The notes below the pieces were generated by a model. The model was given only the letters and a program-made list of their open reading frames with translations, ran no database searches and was not told the origin of the DNA. Source: Mytilus trossulus (Eukaryota). From it: a DNA stretch of 64,000 nucleotides. Shown one piece after another: positions 12,301-24,403 of this stretch; within the stretch, counting starts at the first letter, position 1, and each line of letters starts with the position of its first letter. The stretch spans positions 54,994,001 to 55,058,000 of the forward strand of contig NC_086383.1 in assembly GCF_036588685.1 (NCBI RefSeq), read 5' to 3'. The translations under genes and the position numbers were made by a program.

Positions 12301-14126
12301 GCTCTTCTGACTTATAGTGTTAATTTTAAAGTATTTTTTAGAATCACCTTAGTACATCCTTAAGATTACAAACACATCCAAAAAGTCTGTATGATTGAGT
12401 TTATATCTTTTTTATATATACACATAAAATTCTATGTTTACGCTACCATGTCATGCGCTCTTTTTCATAACAGTCGTGTAGGGTGTTTTCTACTTCATTT
12501 CAATTTATTAACATGCGTGTAAATATGGTCATCTTCACAAATGTTTAAAAGTTGTTTTACAATATAAAGCGTTGTAAATTCACTCTTTGATATGTTTGTA
12601 AAAATGTATTTTTTTCTCCAGAAACAAGGTTAGTCATCTCTATTCATACACCGTATATTTTGCAATCGATACATTGTAACTTGGCATATATTTTAATCCT
12701 GAAAAATTAAACTTTGTTCGAGAAATTCAAATCTTGTTAAATTACAGATTTTCTGCCCACGCTTTTATTACAATGATTAAACAACACTCCGTTCTACCTT
12801 CTGTCCATGTAAATATATACATCAGCCAATGAAATTACAGCTTGCAAATTTTTAAAAGGGTGAATTATTTATTTACAACAAAACTAGAGAATCCCGAAGG
12901 GTCTAAGCGAAAAAGAAAGAACGGACCGTTGTCTGAGCGCCGACAGAGCCGTGAAAGTGATAGTTGGTCGAAGGATGTATGTTAAAATCAGATATCTGAA
13001 ATTAATAGTTGTTTTATTTCTAGACGTTGGGTGTAACTTACCTTTGGTGTGCCCTGTGACAATGGCGGGACAAAAACATTGTGGATGCCACGAATTGAGT
13101 ATTTATGACGACGGGTTTTGCTGTCCTAAGAGGAATGAATCTGTACATCACTATTACAAGGACAATACGTACACTAAGCCGAACGTTTACATAAAACAAC
13201 CGACATCAACATACACTAAGCCGAAAGTTTACATAAAACAACCGACTTCAGTATACACTAAGCCGAAAGTTTACATAAAACAACCGACCGCAACATACTT
13301 TAAGCCGAAAGTTTACATAAAACAACCGACATCAACATACACTAAACCGAAAGTTTACATAAAACAACCGACCTCAACATACACTAAGCCGAAAGTTTAC
13401 ATAAAACAACCGACCGCAACATACTTTAAACCGAAAGTTTACATAAAACAACCGACCTCAACATACTTTAAGCCGAAAGTTTACATAAAACAACCGACAT
13501 CAACATACACTAAACCGAAAGTTTACATAAAACAACCGACATCAACATACACTAAACCGGAAGTTTACATAAAACAACCGACCTCAACATACACAAAGCC
13601 GAAATATTACAGAAACCAACAGTCTAGAACATACTATAAGCCGAAATCTTACAGAAACCAACAGTCCAGAACATACTATAAGCCGAAATCTTACAGAAAC
13701 CATCAGTCCAGAACATACTATAAGCCTACTTCTTACATTAAACAACAACCCAAAACATACTATAAACCGAAATCTTACAGAAACCAACAGTCCAGAACAT
13801 ACTATAAGCCGAAATCTTATAGAAACCATCAGTCCAGAACATACTTTAAGCCTAAATCTTACATTAAACAACAACCCAAAAAATACTATAAACCGAAATC
13901 TTACAGAAACATACAGTCCAGAACATACTATAAGCCGAAATCTTACAGAAACCAACAGTCGAGAACATACTATAAGCCGAAATCTTACAGAAACCAACAG
14001 TCCAGAACATACTATAAGCCGAAATCTTACAGAAACCAACAGTCCAGAACATACTATAAGCCAAACTTTAGAAGAAGCAACAACTGGAACTTCCAAAGAA
14101 GAAGAAGGTATAGAAGAAGAGGCTGA
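9399..14126 (+). CDS. Cys-rich + Tyr/Lys/Arg tandem-repeat protein, mussel foot/byssal protein-like (3' part; N-terminus unresolved)
   Basis: Exons 9399-9410 and 10887-10898 (12-nt micro-exons), 11907-11960 and 13024-14126, all phase 1. They read ..VKVHCEIHIDENRRPTKICGRTVPKDVGCNLPLVCPVTMAGQKHCGCHELSIYDDGFCCPKR.., then 10x YTKPKVYIKQPTST-type and 11x YYKPKSYRNQQSRT-type units and an Arg-rich tail. AATAAA at 14156. The last exon is solid; the upstream exons and the functional call are less certain. Confidence 0.75.
11978..12359. mobile_element. Kolobok-like MITE in intron
   Basis: TTAA|GGATGTACT ... AGTACATCC|TTAA, just downstream of the splice donor at 11961. Confidence 0.7.
13170..14062 (+). 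repeat. Coding 42-bp tandem repeat (21 full units, two sub-types)
   Basis: The period is 42 nt from TAC at 13170 to TAC at 14052. Many differences are at third codon positions (aag/aaa, aca/acc/act), consistent with coding constraint. Confidence 0.95.
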
Positions 14127-14155
14127 AATGAAAGAATCAGTCATCAATATATACT

Positions 14156-14161
14156 AATAAA
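14156..14161 (+). promoter_or_regulatory. Polyadenylation signal of the repeat-protein gene
   Basis: AATAAA 30 nt after the TGA stop. Confidence 0.6.
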
Positions 14162-14269
14162 ATCTTCAATGATAAATTTAATGTGTTAGATATATAATTT
14201 CGATAATTTCGATAATTCTGCCTACCAATTTATTATGAAGTTATTCGTAAAGCCATAGGGGTAAATTAT

Positions 14270-14680
14270 AATAAAATTGAGAATGGAAATGGAAATGTGT
14301 CAAAGAGACAAAAACCGGACCAAAGAAAAAACACAACAGCAGAAGGTCACCAACAGGTCTTCAATGTAGCGAGAAATTCCCGAGCTCGGAGGCGTCCTTC
14401 AGCTGGCCCCTAAACAAATATATACTAGTTCAGTGATAATGAACGCCTTACTAATTTCCAAATTGTACACAAGAAACCAAAATTAAAATAACACAAGACT
14501 AACAAAGGCCAAAGGCTCCTGACTTGGGACAGGCGCAAAAATTCGGCGGGGTTAAACATGTTTGTGAGATCTCAACCCTCCCCCTATACATGTACCTCTA
14601 GCCAATGTAGAAAAGTAAACGCATAACAATACGCACATTAAAATTCAGTTCAAGAGAAGTCTGAGTCTGATGTCAGAAGT
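14270..14680. repeat. Dispersed repeat (SINE-like subfamily beginning aaaattgagaatggaaatgg)
   Basis: Matching fragments at 52665-52785, 40690-41045 (reverse) and 54020-54305. Confidence 0.7.
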
Positions 14681-15241
14681 TAGCATTCTGCAACTGATAA
14701 AGGCTTATACACTCACCAAAGATACCAGCTTTAAACGTGTGTTCGTCTAGAAAAGAACCATCAAAGACGCTCGAATGAAAAAAAGTAAAAAGAGGCCAAA
14801 TAAGGTATAAAATTGGACAGCATCGAGGACCCAAAATTTCAGAATGTGTTTATCAAATATAGCTTACGTTATCTACTTCCTGGAATATAAAATCCTTAAG
14901 AATTTCGGTAAAATTAAATGTTCTGTGAGCATATAATTTATAATAATGACCATATGATCAATGGTCATGATATGGTCATTCAAGTCATTAGAGAAGCGCT
15001 GACCACTGGTCTTGTGATACACTAGGGGAGGGGTCCTCAAAAACAGTCTCATCGACTGTCACTATAAACTCATATTTTGTATACTATACGCTTGTTTCGT
15101 CAACAAAAGACTCATCAGTGACGCTCGAATTAAAAAAGTATAAACGGCCAACTACCGGTATAATAATAGTGATAGTAAACGCAAGTTCTTGAATATTGCA
15201 TCAACCGAGAAATATACTTAAGAAATAATTCGTGCATGAAT

Positions 15242-15364
15242 TGCTCTATGCTCTTTTTAACATGGGTAGGCATAACATTTGTTAATATCTTAATACCGAG
15301 CGTTAGCGAGGTATTAAATGTTTTCAAATATAATGCCTATCCATGTTAAAATGAGCATAGAGCA
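15242..15364. mobile_element. Palindromic hairpin end of a non-autonomous element
   Basis: tgctctatgctc..ttaacatgggtaggcat...ttaataccgagcgttagcgaggtattaa...atgcctatccatgttaa..gagcatagagca is a near-perfect inverted repeat. Confidence 0.65.
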
Positions 15365-15699
15365 TGGCATGACAGAATTATTTCGATTCTAATAGGAATA
15401 TTTTGAACTTTTGTACTTTAAAGCGGACCTATATTAGACACTCGCAATGTCGCCATTTTGATATGATGAACAAAAACGTTATAGAAAAATCTCAACAGTT
15501 TATCATTAAAAAAGAACAGAAACATTTAAACTTACTTTTATAATGTTTTTATTTAATTTCCTAGCGAGCAACACCAATAAAATGTCCATTTTGATCTCGC
15601 GTTGTTCAAAACTTACCGGACGTTGCAATTTCAATTGTGACGTCAATCACGTGTAGCCATGTTCTATTCGAATTAGAACATGGCTTTGTATCCATGATG

Positions 15700-17176
15700 A
15701 TGATATGACGAACTCGTTGGTGAGATGACGAACTCGTTAATGAGATGACGTTTTCGTTGGTGAGATGCCGAACTCATTAATGAAATGACGTTTTCGTTGG
15801 TGAGATGAAGAACTCGTTAATGAGATGACGTACTAGTTGGTGAGATGACGAACTCGTTGGTGAGATGACGAACTCGTTGGTCAGATGACGAACTCGTTAA
15901 TGAGATGACGAACTCGTTAATGAGATGACGTACTCGTTTGTGAGATGACGAACTCGTTGGTGAGATGACGAACTCGTTGGAGAGATGGCGAACTCGTTGG
16001 TGAGATGACAAACTAGTTAATGAGATGACAAACTCGATAATGAGATTACGAATTAGTTGATGAGATGACGAACTCGTTGATCAGATGACGAATTAGTTGA
16101 TGAAATGACAAACTCGTTGATGAAATGACGAACTCGTTAATGAGATGAAAACTCGATAATGAGATTACGAATTAGTTGATGAGATGACGAACTCGTTAAT
16201 GAGATGCCGAACTCGTTAATGAGATGACGAACTCGTTATTGAGGTGACAAACTCGTTAATCAGATGACGAATTAGTTGATGAAATGACAAACTCGTTGAT
16301 GTGATAACAAACTCGTTGGTGAGATGACGAACTCGTTGATAAGATGACGAATGCGTTGATGAAACGAAAAACTCGTTGATGTGATAAAACACTCGTTGAT
16401 GTGATAAAACACTCGTTGGTGAGTTGACGAACTCGTTAATGAGGTGTCGAACTCGTTGATAAGATGACGAACTCGTTGAAGATATGACGAACTCGCTTAT
16501 GAGATGACGAACTTGTTGGTGAGATGACGAACTCGTTTGTGAGATGACGAACTCGTTGGAGAGATGACTAACTCGTTGGTGAGATGACAAACTCGTTAAT
16601 GAGATGAAAAACTCGAAAATGAGATTACGAATTAGTTGATGAGATGACGAACTCGTTGATCAGATGACGAAATAGTTGATGAAATGACAAACTCGTTGAT
16701 GAAATGACGAACTCGTTGATGAAATGACGAACTCGTTAATGAGATGAAAACTCGTTAATGAGATGAAAACTCGTTAATGAGATGAAAACTCGATAATGAG
16801 ATTACGAATTAGTTGATGAGAAGACGAACTCGTTAATGAGATGCCGAACTCGTTAATGAGATGACGAACTCGTTATTGAGGTGACAAACTCGTTAATCAG
16901 ATGACGAATTAGTTGAAGAAATGACAAACTCGTTGATGTGATAACAAACTCGTTGGTGAGATGACGAACTCGTTGGTAAGATGACGAATGCGTTGATGAA
17001 ACGAAAAACTCGTTGATGTGATAAAACACTCGTTGATGTGATAAAACACTCGTTGGTGAGTTGACGAACTCGTTGATGAGGTGTCGAACTCGTTGATAAG
17101 ATGACGAACTCGTTGAAGATATGACGAACTCGCTTATGAGATGACGAACTAGTTGATGAGACGACGAACTCGTTGA
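15700..17176. repeat. 20-bp satellite (gagatgacgaactcgttgat) with a ~640-bp higher-order duplication
   Basis: About 1.5 kb of 19-20-nt units. The variant series starting at 16201 recurs at 16838. Confidence 0.97.
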
Positions 17177-17248
17177 CTTAAACTAAATAAAGAAGAACTA
17201 GCTATGAATATGTTTATTGTATCATAATTGATATTTTTTAACTACGTT

Positions 17249-20200
17249 TTATGAGGCAAGAATTTCGTGGCACTTTCCTGTGAGTCCAGTACACCTACAG
17301 AGTTTTCCTTCGTGTATAATGTCCTTAAAGGCTGGGAATAGGTGACCCTCTATCATACAGTTTGGTCCTAAAATGAAAAAATGCAATTACATTGGAAATC
17401 TTAAGAACATTCAAATTTCAAACACTTACAAATGTATAACAGGACTTTAAAGGCACTGACCACCCTTCTTGTGTTTGATAGAACCAGTTGTGGATTCAGG
17501 AGGGGGTCCGGAGGTTGGAACCCCCTTTTTTGGGCCGATCAATGCATTTGAATGGGATGGGAGCATATAGTTTGAACCCCCCCTTTTTTTAAATGGTCGG
17601 ATCCGCGCCTGAGAACCAATATGTTAAAGGAAAAATATTTTCCTCACAAAAGATGAATTTTCGATGTAGAAGTCGTTCCTTTAAAATGGTATCAAGACAA
17701 GAAACGGGGTAATGATAGAACCATGATTATTAAAATGTATTAACTATAATATACATTATATATGATCACTCACCATTTGGACAGGACTCGCAACAGGCTC
17801 CTTTAAGAAGGACCCGATCAGCACATGGTTGCATTGGACATGGTAAAGGATGACAGTAATGCTGGCCACCTTGTTCACAAGGGTACGGACAGTCTGTAGT
17901 ATCTTTACGTATTGCTGCAGTTGTTACCATCGTATCTGAAGAAAGATCCAAAACATAAAGTTAGATAGAAAAAATATTTATCAAAACTCATCACATATTA
18001 TGTATACTAAATTAATACCACTCGACATATTCTTTACACTTTCTTTGATCAATAAAATAGGCGTGTGCTTGTTAAGATGGACGGTGATATATCAAAAAAT
18101 ATTTAAGCATACACTAATTAATAAGAAAGAATGTAATAATAATATAGTGCGCATTTGTAGAACAAGAAAAAAACCCAGACCAAAATGAGAATGAAAGGTG
18201 TATATTACCAACAGTATACATAGAAAAACAACATTCCTTTCTACTAGTACATATGATAAGTTGCTTGGTCGATAAGACGATAACAATAAAAGTATAACAA
18301 GTGGTCTTCATTGTGGCCGTACAGTTGAGGTTGATCTTTTTTATTATCGCCATAGAGTGCTGGTGGTCATTGCTACTGTTCGATAGAGGGCTTTATGTCA
18401 TCGTTGTCGATCCCCATTATGTGCTATTGGTCATTGTTATAGCTATAAAGTGTCGTTCGTCATCGTTTTTTTTTATAGTGCTGTTGGTCATCGTTATCGC
18501 CATAGAGTGCTGTTGGTCATCGTTATCGGCATAGAGTGCTGTTGGTCATCGTTGTCGCCATAAAAGTGCTGTTGGTCATCGTTATCGCCATAGAGTGCTG
18601 TTGGTCATCGTTATCGCCATTATAGTGCTGTTGGTAATCGATATCACCATAGAGTGCTGTTGGTCATCGTTATCGCCATAAAGTGGTGTTGGTCATTGTT
18701 ATCGCCATATAGTGCTGTTGATCATCGTTATCGCCATTATAGTGCTGTTGGTCATCGTTATCGCAATTAAAGTGCTGTTGGTCTTCGTTATCGCCATAGA
18801 GTGCTGTTGGTCATCGTTATCACCATTATAGTGCTGTTGGTCATCGTTATCGCCATAGAGTGCTGTTGGTCATCGTTATCGCCATATAGTGCTGTTGTTC
18901 ATCGTTATCGCCATTATAGTGCTGTTGGTCATCGTTATCGCCATTAAAGTGCCGTTGGTCATCGTTATCGCCATATAGTGGTGTTGGTCATTGTTATCGC
19001 CATATAGTGCTGTTGGTCATCGTGATCCCCATTATGTGCTATTGGTCATTGTTATAGCTATAAAGTGTCGTTCGTCATCGTTTTTTTTTATAGTGCTGTT
19101 GGTCATCGTTATCGCCATAGAGTGCTGCTGGTCATCGTTATCGCCATAGAGTGCTGTTGGTCATCGTTATCGCCATAAAGTGCTGTTGGTCATCGTTGTC
19201 GCCATAAAAGTGCTGTTGGTCATCGTTATCGGCATAGAGTGCTGTTGGTCATCGTTGTCGCCATAAAAGTGCTGTTGGTCATCGTTATCGCCATAGAGTG
19301 CTGTTGGTCATCGTTATCGCCATTATAGTGCTGTTGGTAATCGATATCACCATAGAGTGCTGTTGGTCATCGTTATCACCATAAAGTGGTGTTGGTCATT
19401 GTTATCGCCATATAGTGCTGTTGATCATCGTTATCGCCATTATAGTGCTGTTGGTCATCGTTATCGCAATTAAAGTGCTGTTGGTCTTCGTTATCGCCAT
19501 AGAGTGCTGTTGGTCATCGTTATCACCATTATAGTGCTGTTGGTCATCGTTATCGCCATAGAGTGCTGTTGGTCATCGTTATCGCCATATAGTGCTGTTG
19601 TTCATCGTTATCGCCATTATAGTGCTGTTGGTCATCGTTATCGCCATTAAAGTGCCGTTGGTCATCGTTATCGCCATATAGTGGTGTTGGTCATTGTTAT
19701 CGCCATATAGTGCTGTTGGTCATCGTGATCGCCATATAGTGCTGTTGGTCATCGTTATCACCATAGAGTGTTATTGGTCATCGTTATCGCCTTAGTGTGC
19801 TGTTTGTCAACGTTATCGCCATAGTGCTGTTGGTCGTCGTTATCGCCATAGAGTGCTGTTGTTCATCGTTGTCGCCTAAATTTGCTATTTGTCATCGTTA
19901 TCGAATTATAGTGTTGTTGGTCATCGTTATCGCCATAGAGTGTTGTTGGTCATCGTTTTCGCCATATAGTGCTGATCGTCATCGGTTTTTTGCATTTAGT
20001 GCTGTTGATCATCGTTATCACAATAGAGTGTTATTGGTCATCGTTATAGCCATAAAGTGATGTTGGTCATCTGTATTGTCATATAGTGCTGTTGTTCATC
20101 GTTATCGCCATATAGTACTATTGGTAATCGTTATCGTCGTGGAGTGCCGGTTGTCATCGTTAGCGTCATATAGTGCAGGGTTGCGTTCAATATCGTAGCA

Positions 20201-21055
20201 GCTACAAAGGGCAACGTAGATTTTTGACTGAACGTGTAGCTAGCCTAGCTACAACTAAATCAATTTTGCAGCTACGCTAGCTACACGTTTAGTAGTAAAA
20301 AATCTACGTAGCCCTTAGTAGCTGCTATGATATTGAACGCAACCCTGGTTGTTATCGTCATAAAGTGATGGGATCATAGTTGTCGCCATTAAGTGCTAGT
20401 GGTTATCGTTATTGCCATATAGTCCAATGGGTCACAGTTTTTTGCATATATCTGTCGGTCATCGCATTTGTAATAAAGTAGAGTTATTATTCGTATAAAG
20501 ATAAATAAAATAAGCGTTTTACATTATGGCAACATAACCGAGGCGGCCGTTGAGTCAATGTGGTAATCATTGTGGTCGCGGGGTCAATATATTTCAGTAG
20601 GATGCTTTGATTTAAAGTGAATTCTGATTGCAGACATGATATACCATCTCACCATTGCATATTGCACAACATTCTCCTGGAGGGGTGTGTGTGTGTGTAC
20701 AGTTTGGTAGTGGTGGTGGGCACGGGGGCGGGTAACAAAACCTGTGACCATTTACTGTACATGGATGAGGACAGTCTACAATAAAAAAAAAAAACACAAC
20801 TATAATTTGACATGACTAACAAATTGAGTCAAGAAAAAAATACTGCACAGAATTTTAAAAAAAATGACTATATGTTTTTAATCAAGGTATAAAAGTGGAC
20901 TATATATATATGCTGTGTGCTTTGCTCATTGTTAAAGACCACACGATTAACTATAGTTGTAAATTTCTGTTTGATTTGGTCTCTTTTGAGAAGTTGTCTC
21001 ATTGGCAATCATACCACATCTTCATTTTTATATGTCATCTGACATTGCATAGCTC

Positions 21056-21089
<34 letters not shown>

Positions 21090-22004
21090 TTCTCTGAAGT
21101 ATACGATTATTTTAACGAATATAACTTAACCTTTTTTTCTATTGATAAAAACTTGACAATATATAATTTAATGTTGATCTTATATTTTGTGGGCATAATG
21201 ATTACATGCATGTCTAATGAACAGTTGTCTCATTGGCCATTATAACGTTACATTTATTCTTATTTTTGAATTAGCGGTGTAGTTTTGTTCATTGTTGAAA
21301 GCCGTACGATGATCTATTTTTGTTAACTTCTACGTCAATTTTGTCTCTGGTGTGGTGTTGTCTAATTAATTGCAATCTTGTCACATCTTCTTTCTTCTAT
21401 ACAGCATACTTAGTGTCGAATACTTACGTTTAGGACACTGTGGACAGCATGTTCCCTCTATTGTCACAGGGTCGTCGCACGGAGGTTTAGGGCACGGGAT
21501 CGGTCCACAGAAATGACTCCCACCTTGTTTGCATGGATGTGGACAGTCTGGTGTATTTGGACATACCGGACAGCATGCGCCGTATGGTACAAAAGAATTA
21601 TTACACGGAGGTGCCGGACAAGGAATCGGCCTGCAATACCTCTTTCCTCCTTGCATACATGGGTGAGGACAATCGGTTCCATTTTTGCACTCTGCGCAGC
21701 AGGCGCCCGTTGGAGTAACAGGGTTGTCACACGGAGCTAGCTTAGGACATGGTATTGGTTCACAAAAGTGCCTACCACCTTGTGTACATGGGTGAGGACA
21801 ATCAGTGCTGTTCGGACATACTGGGCAACAAGCACCCTCTGGTGTGAATGAGTTGTTACAAGGCGGAAGAGGACACGGTATAGGGTGGCAGTATCGATGC
21901 CCTCCCTGCGTACACGGATGTGGACAACTCTCTAGTAAACCATAGGTTATTCCAAGTAAAGCTGTTAAGGTTAATCCATATAAGGACAATACATTCGTCG
22001 CCAT
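17249..22004 (-). CDS. Secreted Cys-rich protein with six truncated VWC-like repeats (kielin/chordin/brorin-like), about 326 aa
   Basis: Exons 22004-21428, 20775-20653, 17935-17774 and 17367-17249 have GT-AG phase-1 introns and total 981 nt in frame. Signal peptide MATNVLSLYGLTLTALLGITYG; repeats CPHPCxQGGxxxCxPxPCPxxxCxxxxxxxGxCCxxC; C-terminal GPNC...CRC...C half-domain. AATAAA on the - strand at 17218-17213. Confidence 0.9.
18290..20465. repeat. 29-30-bp satellite (agtgctgttggtcatcgttatcgccatag) in intron 2 of the VWC gene
   Basis: About 2.1 kb of tandem units. The variant block at 18412 recurs at 19027 (higher-order duplication). Confidence 0.97.
20176..20347. mobile_element. Fold-back MITE inserted in the satellite (CAGGG termini, hAT-like)
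   Basis: cagggttgcgttcaatatcgtagcagctac...gtagctgctatgatattgaacgcaaccctg; satellite units continue on both sides. Confidence 0.8.
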
Positions 22005-24403
22005 TTCTATTGGTAAATGTTAATGTTCTCTTATCTTGTCTGATTTAGTGACCTCACAGATAATAATATCAAACAAAGATCCAATCAAAGTTTTGACACG
22101 AATAAATACAAAACAATTATTACGGATGGAATTTGTAATTTTTGTTACGATCCGTCTTCAACTATAAATGTCAATTGATGATATTTCCTATAAATCCGAA
22201 TACTTTCCACAAATTTACTTCTTGAATCAATTCGATCAGTCACCAAAATGGGCCAATTTCAAAACAAATGCACAAATATGAAATGATTGGTATAGAGAAT
22301 GTTTTGTCTTTTAAAGAAAAATATAAGTGAGATTCTTAACAAACGTAGAGAACTTAAATTCACTTTCGAATGCAACCAGCATTTATAATTGTAAAGAAAT
22401 GGGAAACAGTTGTAAGGAAAAATGTTTTTTTTCTTCAAATCAGTAATGTCTAAAAGATTGCTCATTGAATATTCTGTATTATGTATATTTTATAACCCCT
22501 TTTTCTTTATTCATCATTGTTTTTACCTATTTTTCTCTATTGCTTTTTTGTGTGTGCATACATTGGCTCTTTATATTCTCTATAATTCTATAAACACAAA
22601 TGGCACAACATTCTCATTTATAACAGATGGAGACCAATAAAGTAACTGTAAATCATGGTCTTTTATCTTAAATTCACTATACTAAGTACTTGTATTGCTA
22701 CAATTATACATCACGCAGCTGAGAATAAGGTATGAAATCATTGCCATGTATATTAAACACTGTGACTATAGAATGTGAATAAGAAGAAATGGTATAGAAG
22801 CAATGAAGCAACTCACCATCCAAGTCCCGTCAATGTATAATACTGAAATTAAGTTGACAATTCTAGGTCAAAGTACGGCCTTCAGCACAGAGCAGAGGCT
22901 TAAACTAAACAGCAAGCTATACAGGGACCGAAAACTGACGTATACACATATGCGATACCATTTTCCACTTTCGATAAGATTTTTATAAATTCAATTTGAA
23001 GTCCGTTTCATTACTTATATTCCGGCGATGATTCAGTTACAAACGTTACTTTTCCCATTGGAAAAGTCATTGGCATTCCTTTTGTAATCTAGTAATTTTG
23101 ATATTAACTTGATCATGAGTTTAGAAATAGAAGCCACAGACTTAACTATGTGAATTACATTTTTGCTTTATCTTGCATACCGCTTTTTTTTATGTTGTCC
23201 CTAGAAACTTAAGTCTTATATTAACATTCTCAGATTAAGAAAGGGTGTGGGGAACACGCAGAAAGCATGATTTTGCATCATTTATTCAAATGAATATAGC
23301 TTCTTGGGCCTTCAGCGGCTCCAACACCCTTCAATTTTTAAAAACATGTTTGCCAATACTTTTAAACAGGCTAGATACAACCAAACTGTAATACTGTACA
23401 TGTATATGCAGTTCAGACTACCGTGAAGATTTATTTCTGCAGAGGATGATGATTAGTTCTGAATAAATGGTACATAATGACTTGACTATACATGTATGAT
23501 TTATAATAAAAGAGAAATCTTTCTAAAATATTATATACAAAAAAATGTAAATTTTTATATACTTAATTCTACTGCCAAACTCGTGATTATACTAAATCCA
23601 TCAACACCAAATGATGTAAAAGCAGTTGTTTCTTTTATTAAAGAGTCATTAGAACTGAAGAAAGGATAACCATTGAACTGGTTTTTTTTATCATATCTCT
23701 TATAATATTGTTTAGTTTTCATTATGTTTGATCATGTTTGTTTTGCCAATGTTATTTGCCATAACCAAAATTGGTTATTGTCTGTTTTTTGGCAAAATAA
23801 AGAATTATATAATAACCAAATAATCTTAAAATTGTACGTTTTCGAATATTATAGATATAGTTGTGAAAATAAATAATCAGTCCCTTGCTTTATTGAAAAT
23901 GAAGAATCTTGTATCAATAGTGCAGAAAATAGACAACAAGCTGTACGTCGATCGATCCTCTTATAGTTAACAAAACTGATAAATAACCGATCTAAAACAA
24001 AGTCCCCCGGCCCCCCGAATATCAAATGGATGTCCCCTAACGGCGACTTAAAGGAAGGATAAAAAAAATGTCAGAATAAACTGATTGAAAATAAGGTAGT
24101 ACCGATTACTCATCATTAGCCTAAGGGTGGAAAAAATAACTGAAAAGGCACAGTCAAAAAATTAACTTGGCAAGACATATTTTTCATCCTAGCCCCACTC
24201 CCATTGCTTAATAGCTTCCTAGGAACTTAACTGGTTCTCAGCTTAATGTTACTCTTTGTTCATAGACGTCGAGTGTAGCGTAGTGCGATAATACAAGCGG
24301 ATCATTCCAGTTTACATTAAAGAACTTTTCGGACCATCCGGATTTTGTTCATGTGTTGTTCGGTTTCGGTTTCAAAATGTAAACAAAGGGAACAAACTCT
24401 GTA

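Noticed and set aside
12951-13023. N-terminal part of the listed 391-aa ORF
   Set aside because: It starts at GTG and runs through a polypyrimidine tract and AG at 13022-13023, so it is most likely intron.
13584-14147. Minus-strand ORFs 13584-14147 and 13864-14064
   Set aside because: Antisense shadows of the coding 42-bp repeat.
15817-16590. ORFs inside the 20-bp satellite (and similar ORFs at 18301, 19797, 32269 and 44049-44831)
   Set aside because: They are products of low-complexity tandem repeats, with no splice or codon support.
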